A stretch of 11,936 bases of DNA, taken from the NCBI GenBank assembly GCA_038248345.1, contig JBBRXO010000084.1, positions 1-11,936 of the forward strand, given 5' to 3'. A program made the position numbers and the translations under genes. The notes beneath the pieces were generated by a model. It was given only the letters and a program-made list of their open reading frames with translations, was not told the origin of the DNA and ran no database searches. This DNA comes from Armatimonadota bacterium (GTDB lineage Bacteria; Armatimonadota; Hebobacteria; CAIYQO01). This document shows, in pieces, positions 1 through 6,803 of the stretch; the first letter of the stretch is position 1; every line of letters begins with the position of its first letter.

Positions 1-146
1 CCCACAAAAAATCCCGGATGATTGTTTCTTATTTACTACAAATGTACCATTCTGTAGTATTTATTTCACACCGGAGTTTTTCAATCTGCTATAGTTCTCC
101 TTGACCCGAACTCATGCGGTATAATTTTGCAAAAGGAGAAAAGAGT

Positions 147-639
147 ATGGGAAAGAATTCCTTGTTTAGCGCGGCGATAGTATCCGCGTTGTTGCTGTCA
201 GGCGCTGTCAGCGCAGCTTTTGGACAGACGTATGGGGGTGACCGCTGGTAAAGAGGCCAATGAAGCGGCATAGCCCATAATGTCCATGGTGAAATACTAC
301 GATGCCAGTGTGTACACCCTGGCTGGCATGATACTTTGTCGCTACGATGCCACTACGCTGATGCAAAAGGGTATTGTGATGCTGCAGCCCCCAACATCGG
401 CGGTGACACTTAAACTTAGTCTGCGCCAGGCGCGACGGCTAAAAGGTAGAGTTGCCACATGGCTTACCACGGTATCTACCCGGCAAGCACGGCAGCCCAA
501 TGTCTTATATTCTACTAGATTAACGAGAGTCGGTGCTTGCCGACTCCTATCTCTGCGGGCAAAAACAGCTTGCATAATCACGCTGATGCGACATATGCAT
601 CAGCGTGATTTGCCCCTTTTCTTTCAGCTTCGACAATAA
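147..639 (+). pseudogene. Probable decayed gene for a small exported protein (signal peptide, then frameshift and in-frame amber stop)
   Basis: AAGGAG RBS (133-138) precedes ATG147. The frame reads MGKNSLFSAAIVSALLLSGAVSAAFGQTYGGDRW* (147-251), a classic signal peptide. Removing one G from the G5 run at 234-238 joins it to the frame of ORF 280..639 (VTAGKEANEAA*PIMSMVKYYDASVYTLAGMILCRYDATTLMQKG...), with TAG at 271-273. The true 3' end is uncertain. Confidence 0.45.
576..610. terminator. Perfect 14-bp hairpin, probable (bidirectional) intrinsic terminator between convergent genes
   Basis: AATCACGCTGATGC-(GACATAT)-GCATCAGCGTGATT lies 45 nt past the stop of the 1690-aa gene. T-rich tracts follow on both strands (TGCCCCTTTTCTTT on +, GCTGTTTTT on -), though not directly abutting the stem. 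Confidence 0.65.
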
Positions 640-655
640 TGACGTGTGTCGCGCA

Positions 656-3600
656 TCAGTCGAAAAATAGGGCGGCGCAATTGGCACCCGGGGCGGATGA
701 GCCCATGCCGCCGACGGTTTGCTGAATGGTGAGAACCACGTTCCCGACGAAGCGGAATTGCACCACGGCGCCGCCCTGGCTGCCGTCGAATTCCACGGTG
801 ACGGGCGTGGCCTTGCCGTCAGCGTCGCGCAGTTGCAGGCGTTCCTTGGCACCAACACCCTTGCTTGGGGTAAAAACGGTTAGCAGGTGCGGGGCAGCGT
901 CGGTAACGGAGATATTCCAACTCACGCCGGGGTAGGTATTCGGCTGGCCGGGCGTGCCGCTGTTGCTGTTGACAGAGCCGAAACGGACGTGCCCACCTGC
1001 ATCGCGACCGGGCACGACCGTGTCCTTGTCTTTCCTAAGATCAAAGCGCATGTTCTCCGTGTCATCGCCATACCAGAAGCCGTCACCGGCGGTGAAGGTA
1101 TCCACGAAGGGGGCCAGGATGCGACGGTACGGCTGTGCGGCGGAGTAGCCGCCATGCCGAAAGAGGACGTAGCCGTGCGTGCCGATGGCATCTACGGGAA
1201 GGCTCCCCTGCCCATTCCACGTTAGGCGCGTCGCCGGCAACGTCAACTCCGTCGCGGGGACGCTGGTATCCAAGGTGAGCACGCCTCCCGTCTGCTGCAG
1301 CACACCGGCCAGCATGAGCGGCGCGACGGACGCGGTGAAGGTCGCCATGACGGGTTTCTCTGGCTCGGATGTGGTGACGGAGATGGTATAGCGCGTGCCC
1401 GGCGTCGCGGTCGCCGGCGCAGTCAAATAGATCCGCCACTGCTCGTCGCCAAGTGACGCGACGCTGACAATGGCGGTGTCAGGAGTCGCGACAGCGCTAC
1501 AACGTTTCGCCGAAGTAGAGAAATTCAGGACCACAGTACGGCCGGAGAAGAGCTCTTGATCCGGCAGGTGCGGGAAAAGCAACGCTGGGGATTGAATACC
1601 CGGGAAATGGAGCGCCGGAGCGCCGGTGGCGCGCAAGCCGGTGGTCACGCTACTGGGGCCGGCCCATTGCGACTCGCCCAGCGCGTCGAGGCGCGACAGC
1701 CAGTAGTACCAGGTGCCGGTGCCGGGCTGGTCGCTAGTAATCGTGCCCTGCCGTACCGTTTTCAGCAGCTTGGCCGCCGCGGCATCCGGGGTCGCGGCAC
1801 GGTAGAGTTTATACCCCAGGTCGCCGGGCTGCGCCACCCAGCTCAGCGTGACGGCGTCATTCGCGCTGCCCCACGCTGCCGGCTGCATTATTCGCGGGTC
1901 GGTGCCGGGCGCGTCGTCCGGCTGCCAGGCGATACGGTGCACCGTGCCTGCTTTGTCGGTGGTGAAGATGGCGGCATTAAAGCGCACCGGGCCGGTGAAG
2001 TCGCTGCGCGTCTCGGTGCGTTCCTTGATATAGTGGTTGCCGCCATCCGTCCAGCGTTTATAGGTGACGGGTGTCGCGGTTGTCAGTTCGGGGAAGAGCG
2101 CGAGTGGAATTTCGGCTTCCAGGCGGAAGCCCTGCCCATCCATGCGCTCGATTACGGCGACTTTGGCGCCAGGAATCGGTGTCAGCCCGCGGGAGAAATC
2201 CAACGCATCCGCCAGCGGTTTCCCGTAGAGCGTTCCCTCGTTACCCATGCTTAACAACTCCGTGCCGGGTGGCAACGGCGGACTAGCTGGACGGCAGGCG
2301 AGCGCGACGCCTGTCAGTCGTCCCGCAGCATCGCGCTGGGCGGTGAGTAGTACGCGCGTGTCGCCGGCGATGGGCGCACGGCGATCCGCCGGGGTGAGCG
2401 GCCCGAGCAGCAGTTCGACGCCGTCCGTGGTGCCGTAGGCCTCCGCCGCCTTGCCCGCCGGCGCGGGATGGAAGCCACCCGGCTGCACCACATCAACGAA
2501 GCAGTGCAGGAAACCGGCGTCGCGCCGCAATCGCACGTCGCCAACAACCTGCTTGTCTGCGCGGATGGTCAACGCGTCGTAATTACGCGGAAACCATTCC
2601 CAATCCTCGCCATCAACGCCGTTGAAGCGCCCATTGGAGCATTCCCAGGTGGCGTAGGGGATCTTCGCCGCCCCCTCCAGCGGGGTGGTACGCGGCAGCG
2701 ACGAAACGAGGGTGATGTCGCCACCGAGTCGGGTAATCTCTTTCGGCGCCACGCCGACGACTTCGCGCACTTGGAGGGATTCACTGGCGCCGCAGAAGAG
2801 CAGGTACTTCCCGTTCGCCGGGTCCTTGACGAATTGCCCTGAGAAGCTTTCCGCGGAGACGTAGCTGTCGTCGCTCCATTTCGGACGCCCGCGCTCATCG
2901 GTCAGTAGCCAGCCCAGCGTCAGGCCGTCGGTGGTGTAGGCCACGTACTGGTTGGCGACGTCGCACACCACCAGCACGCCGTCCGCCATGCCGCAGATGT
3001 TGTACGTGAAGGTCAAGTCACCTGGCGTAACGTTGGTGGCGTCATGATGGCCAGCCCACCAGATCAGCTTGCCGTCTTTTACCTTGAGCAGCTTGTTTTC
3101 CGAGGCGCGATCCCAGAACGCGCGCCCTTGCCCATTGCCAATATTGGCCAGGTAGTAGACCGCGCCTTCCTCCGGCGCTGGCCAGACGGCGACTTCGCTG
3201 TTGCCTGTCAGTTCAGCGAGCCAGCCCGGCAGGGGAGTCATTGAATACGGGGTATAGACGCCGCCTTCGTAATCCGGCACGCCGCGCGCGTCGATGCGAG
3301 CAGGTTTCAGCGCGCCCTGCCGCCCGTAGAGCGTCAGGGCGCGGTCCATCCTGCGCCACCCGCCATCGGGGGCGTTGTTAGCGCTCATTTCTTCCGGCTG
3401 CACACGGCCATCGCCATTGCGGTCGCACCAGAATTTTCCTCCCGACGGTTGTTGGCCGGCGGGTACCCAGCGTTCCTGCTCCCACACCCACAGAGCGCCT
3501 GGCTGCCCGCGCGTATAGGTGGTCTCAGCGTCGATCCAGAAATAGCGCTTATTGTTGGCGCCGGTGAAGGTGATGCCTTGCGCGAACGACGGGGCGGAGG

Positions 3601-5728
3601 GGCCGATCATTAAGTCCGGGGTGGCCGCCTTCTCGCTACCGGACTGGCTCATATAGAAGATCGATTCGATATTCCAATCGGCGTCGCGCCACTGGTGAGT
3701 GGTGGCAAAACGCAGGCGCGACTTGATCCATGACTCCTTGAGGTGATAATAGACACTAGTGGGATCGTCGAGATTGATGACCATGCCCGACGAACAGTAG
3801 ACCGGGCCACAATAATCGCGCACCCAGGTGCCGGCGGTCGTGATGCAGCCGATGCGGCGTGGCGCCGTCCAGCCGATTTCGACGAACCAGAGCTGTCCCC
3901 GGGCATCGAGCGCCAGGTCGACGATATTACGGAACGCCAGCGGGTCGTATTTCGACACGGAGGTGGCGCGCCCGCCCGGTGTGCCGTAGGTGAGCAATGC
4001 CTTGCCGTCGGCGGACCACTGGGTAATCTGCTGTTTTGCGCCGCCTTCCGCTACGTAGATCAGGCCAGCAGCATCGCAGGTGAGCGCAGCGGGTGATGTC
4101 AGACCTGTCAATACCGGCGTCACCACACGCGTGGTCAGGTCAATGCGCACCACGTCATTGCCGGAGATGGCGAGCAAGTGGGTGGCGTCGACGCGGCACA
4201 GGCGACCCGGGCGCGGCAGCGGCAGATCGGCCTCCGCCACACCAGTGGCAACATCGAACACCACCAGTTTGTCCTCGTTGGAAACGCAGATATACGCCTT
4301 CCCACCGACCACCGCTAACCCGTTGAAGCCACGATTCGGATCGCCCAGCAAAATGCGCGCGCCAGCGGTGCCCATGGGCATATCCTGCCCGGTGGCGGCA
4401 TCCATGCACACCAGCGAAAATTGCGGGTATCCGGCGATCATATAGGCGCGGTCACCCGCAACGGTGATGGCGGTGCCGGCGCCGTATCCGCCAAGTGAGC
4501 GCGTCCACAGCACGTCGCCACTTTCGGTAACTTTGCGCAGCCCATGCTCGCCTTCCTCGCCGGAGTGCAGCAGGTAGATGCCCCCGGCGTCGGCGGCGAC
4601 GGCCGACGGGCCGCCGTGAATGCCGCCGATGGACCCCTTTCTATCAGCACTGGGGAAAGGCGGACGGCCGGAATTGCCGGCGGAACCGTAGTACAAACTA
4701 CGCACGCCATTGAAATAGCCCAGGCGCCAATGGTACGCGCCGGCGGGCAACGGCATGTCGCGGTAGCCACGGCCATTCCAGTAGATCGTATGTGTGCCAG
4801 AGCTCATCGCGGCGGCGCGCAACGGCTCAGCTACAATGGCTCCCTGCGCGTCGGTGATAACCAGGCTGACCTTGCAGGCGCGCGGCAGCGTGAAGGTGAT
4901 GGGCACGGGCTGCAGTCCAAGCGGATCGACGATGGTGGTCGCTTGTTGCATCTCTTCGTCCTCCGGCTGCGGGCCGGGATCAGCGGCAAAGAGGCGCGCC
5001 GTGCCCCAGAAGTCGGGATAAAGATGCGCCTCCGTCGGCAGGTCCACCGTGCAGGCGGGGCCGTTGCCGCGGCTGTGCCACCAGGCGGTGGCGATGTTTT
5101 TCGTACCGGCGGGGTCGGAGAATATCACCTGGGCATCGAAGGGAAACTCCAACCCGTCGACCGGCTGATAGCCGAGCACGCGCCAGGGGATGGCCACCCC
5201 GGCGGTATAACCATCATCGGTCTGGGTAAAGGCGGCGCGGGCTTGCGGCAGCGCGGCGACGTAGTCCATCACGTAAGTCGAAACGGGGGAGGCGAAGGTA
5301 TAGGGCTTCTTATTGGCGGACGTGGGGCGATATTCGACGACTATCGGCTTGCCGCCCAGATTGGCCGCCATGATGCGCTGTTGCTGCCCATGTCCATCGA
5401 ACGGGCCAAAGAAGAAGCTTACCGCGTCGCCGCCCTTGAGCATCATCGCCGGGTCGAAGGGGCTGGCGCTGTTTTTCAACGGGCTGTCGTCATGCACACG
5501 CACCAGCAGGTACAGGTTCGTCATGTCATAGCACGCCGTCCAGCGCGCGGACTCCCCGCCCGAGGTTGCCATTTGCTGTACTGCGCTGATGACCGGCCAT
5601 TGTGCCGGTTGTTCGAGCGGTACGGGCTTCGCAACCTTAACTACGACTGCCGGCGCGGCGTAAAGCACGGCCATAGCGAGTAAACAACCGAACGCAAAGA
5701 GCATTCGCGCGAGTTGGCGATATATCAT
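656..5728 (-). CDS. Large exported multidomain protein (1690 aa): signal peptide, CBM9-like sugar-binding domain, FlgD-type Ig domain, NHL-like beta-propeller region, second CBM9-like domain, Fn3-like domain, uncharacterised C-terminal domain
   Basis: Long ORF with high-GC codon usage and a GGGGGA RBS upstream. N-terminal hydrophobic signal. CBM9-like motifs 'YDMTNLYLLVRVHDDSP...GDAVSFFFG...YTAGVAIPW' and 'RDAGFLHCFVDV...DGVELLLG...FRLEAEIPL'. FlgD-Ig motif 'ITFTLP...VSLVITDAQG...GTHTIYWNGRGYRDMPLPAGAYHWR'. Propeller blades 'PSAVAADAGGIY', 'PAALTCDAAGLIYVAE', 'DLALDARGQLWFVE'. Ca-loop-like 'WCDRNGDGRVQPEE'. Fn3 'VTLSW...GYKLYRA...WYYWLSRLDALGES'. Confidence 0.85.
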   Translation of the reverse strand: MIYRQLARMLFAFGCLLAMAVLYAAPAVVVKVAKPVPLEQPAQWPVISAVQQMATSGGESARWTACYDMTNLYLLVRVHDDSPLKNSASPFDPAMMLKGGDAVSFFFGPFDGHGQQQRIMAANLGGKPIVVEYRPTSANKKPYTFASPVSTYVMDYVAALPQARAAFTQTDDGYTAGVAIPWRVLGYQPVDGLEFPFDAQVIFSDPAGTKNIATAWWHSRGNGPACTVDLPTEAHLYPDFWGTARLFAADPGPQPEDEEMQQATTIVDPLGLQPVPITFTLPRACKVSLVITDAQGAIVAEPLRAAAMSSGTHTIYWNGRGYRDMPLPAGAYHWRLGYFNGVRSLYYGSAGNSGRPPFPSADRKGSIGGIHGGPSAVAADAGGIYLLHSGEEGEHGLRKVTESGDVLWTRSLGGYGAGTAITVAGDRAYMIAGYPQFSLVCMDAATGQDMPMGTAGARILLGDPNRGFNGLAVVGGKAYICVSNEDKLVVFDVATGVAEADLPLPRPGRLCRVDATHLLAISGNDVVRIDLTTRVVTPVLTGLTSPAALTCDAAGLIYVAEGGAKQQITQWSADGKALLTYGTPGGRATSVSKYDPLAFRNIVDLALDARGQLWFVEIGWTAPRRIGCITTAGTWVRDYCGPVYCSSGMVINLDDPTSVYYHLKESWIKSRLRFATTHQWRDADWNIESIFYMSQSGSEKAATPDLMIGPSAPSFAQGITFTGANNKRYFWIDAETTYTRGQPGALWVWEQERWVPAGQQPSGGKFWCDRNGDGRVQPEEMSANNAPDGGWRRMDRALTLYGRQGALKPARIDARGVPDYEGGVYTPYSMTPLPGWLAELTGNSEVAVWPAPEEGAVYYLANIGNGQGRAFWDRASENKLLKVKDGKLIWWAGHHDATNVTPGDLTFTYNICGMADGVLVVCDVANQYVAYTTDGLTLGWLLTDERGRPKWSDDSYVSAESFSGQFVKDPANGKYLLFCGASESLQVREVVGVAPKEITRLGGDITLVSSLPRTTPLEGAAKIPYATWECSNGRFNGVDGEDWEWFPRNYDALTIRADKQVVGDVRLRRDAGFLHCFVDVVQPGGFHPAPAGKAAEAYGTTDGVELLLGPLTPADRRAPIAGDTRVLLTAQRDAAGRLTGVALACRPASPPLPPGTELLSMGNEGTLYGKPLADALDFSRGLTPIPGAKVAVIERMDGQGFRLEAEIPLALFPELTTATPVTYKRWTDGGNHYIKERTETRSDFTGPVRFNAAIFTTDKAGTVHRIAWQPDDAPGTDPRIMQPAAWGSANDAVTLSWVAQPGDLGYKLYRAATPDAAAAKLLKTVRQGTITSDQPGTGTWYYWLSRLDALGESQWAGPSSVTTGLRATGAPALHFPGIQSPALLFPHLPDQELFSGRTVVLNFSTSAKRCSAVATPDTAIVSVASLGDEQWRIYLTAPATATPGTRYTISVTTSEPEKPVMATFTASVAPLMLAGVLQQTGGVLTLDTSVPATELTLPATRLTWNGQGSLPVDAIGTHGYVLFRHGGYSAAQPYRRILAPFVDTFTAGDGFWYGDDTENMRFDLRKDKDTVVPGRDAGGHVRFGSVNSNSGTPGQPNTYPGVSWNISVTDAAPHLLTVFTPSKGVGAKERLQLRDADGKATPVTVEFDGSQGGAVVQFRFVGNVVLTIQQTVGGMGSSAPGANCAALFFD

Positions 5729-5749
5729 GATTCAATCCCCCAATGACGA

Positions 5750-5908
5750 CTATTTCCACTGATTAGAGCGGAACGGGAAGGCGGGTAGGCCTTCCTTGTT
5801 GTAGAGGCTGCACGCCGGGAAATCAGCCCAGGCGTAGCGCACGTCAGCGCGCAGCACGGCGGTCGAAAAGAGCAGAATCAACAGAGTTCGGGTCAGCTTC
5901 GTACGCAT
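5750..5908 (-). pseudogene. Sialate O-acetylesterase (SASA-type) gene reduced to 52 codons by an in-frame internal deletion
   Basis: Not in the ORF track (<60 aa). Reads [52 protein letters not shown]. This is a signal peptide ending in A|DVR fused directly to the characteristic C-terminal motif of bacterial sialate O-acetylesterases (VRYAW...P..NLYN..GLPA.PFR). It ends 21 nt before the start of the 1690-aa gene. Confidence 0.88.
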
Positions 5909-6014
5909 AATCTGTCTTCTTGTCAGTCGCCTAAAAGTATCATATCGTGGGTAAAACGCTCTTCGAAGTATCTGTGATGCTCAAAAAAACAATATTCGAC
6001 TATCTTATTCGTGT

Positions 6015-6043
6015 AATATACCGCTAACGATGGATTTTTACAA
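6015..6043 (-). promoter_or_regulatory. Putative sigma70-type promoter for the esterase remnant / 1690-aa gene operon
   Basis: Minus strand TTGTAA (6043-6038) - 17 nt - TATATT (6020-6015) in an AT-rich intergenic region. Confidence 0.5.
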
Positions 6044-6101
6044 TAGTAATTGCGACCGAAAATTGACTTTGCGGACGCTTTGCCCATTGGTTTTTACTGA
6101 A

Positions 6102-6138
6102 CCCCCAGCCCCTTCCCAGCGCGGGAAGGGGCTGGGGG
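6102..6138. repeat. GC-rich 16-bp perfect inverted repeat, REP-like dispersed palindrome
   Basis: CCCCCAGCCCCTTCCC-(AGCGC)-GGGAAGGGGCTGGGGG. It resembles the widespread CCCC.GCCCC.TCCC...GGGA.GGGG extragenic palindrome type. No adjacent U-tract. Confidence 0.7.
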
Positions 6139-6189
6139 GGTAGGTAGACCAAGGCTAACGCCAGCTACTCTGTCAGTTTTTCATCCCCA

Positions 6190-6213
6190 AGTAATGAAGC
6201 TCGCTTCATTACT
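6190..6213. repeat. 11-bp perfect inverted repeat (operator-like or short REP-like hairpin)
   Basis: AGTAATGAAGC-TC-GCTTCATTACT, 18 nt downstream of the stop at 6232. Confidence 0.6.
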
Positions 6214-6231
6214 GACTCCTTCTCATTCCTC

Positions 6232-6713
6232 CTAACGTTCGCAGCGCAGCCAGCACCCCGTGCCCGCGGGAATCTCGAGCGCCACCCGGCAACCTCCGTT
6301 ACCATCAAGGACAGTCACCGGAAGATCGCGCTCGGCGAGCACGTCGTACACTGTGACATACTTCTCCGCAAACACGCGCAAGGTGGTAATAACGGCGCCA
6401 GTATTGGTATTGATGAGATAGTAGTAGTCAACCGGCCCGGAATGGCGTTGCACAGCCATGACATCGGCACACTCCCAGGATCGCTGTCAATCTTGCATCA
6501 CTGCCTGCACGAGGAAGGATTTCCAGGTCGGTATCCTGGAAATTATAGTGATCTTCCGGCAGATACACCGGACCCGCGCCTGGCCGCACGGCGGTGAAGC
6601 TGCAAGCCTTGATATCCGTCAGGTAGCGCGAAATATCCGCCTTGGTTGTTTCCTCGGTAAGTCATACATATGGAGCCATGGGCATCAATTTTTTACGATT
6701 CTGTAATAGTCAT
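6232..6713 (-). pseudogene. Glycoside hydrolase (GH42 beta-galactosidase-like) remnant: N-terminal TIM-barrel start fused to the C-terminal domain, with frameshifts and stops
   Basis: GAGGT RBS (6724-6720) precedes ATG6713 (MTITES*). After a frameshift near an A-run it reads LMPMAPYV*LTEETTKADISRYLTDIKACSFTAVRPGAGPVYLPEDHYNFQDTD, matching the 'DL..IK..GF..VR...Y.F...D' pattern at the start of GH42/GH5-like barrels. At about 6526 the frame changes to WKSFLVQAVMQD*QRSWECADVMAVQRHSGPVDYYYLIN...VYDVLAER...LEIPAGTGCWLRCER*, matching the 'R.....Y.FL.N...DLL.G...L.L.P' pattern of GH42 C-termini. Confidence 0.6.
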
Positions 6714-6803
6714 TGATTTACCTCGCCGAGTATCTTATTCGTGGAATTTATAGCAAATGATATATTTCTCCCATAATAGTAGTGACCTCTTGAAAAAATA
6801 CTC

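Noticed and set aside
101..125. TTGACC...TATAAT as a canonical sigma70 promoter
   Set aside because: The spacer is only 13 nt. The -10 may be real, but this pairing is not supported.
4544..5683. 379-aa plus-strand ORF and the many other ORFs overlapping 656..5728
   Set aside because: Antisense or alternate-frame shadows of a high-GC gene. They are Arg/Gly/Ala-rich and have no recognisable motifs.
6232..6459. 75-aa ORF as an independent small protein
   Set aside because: No RBS, and coding-like sequence continues upstream through a stop. It is better explained as the C-terminal part of a pseudogene.
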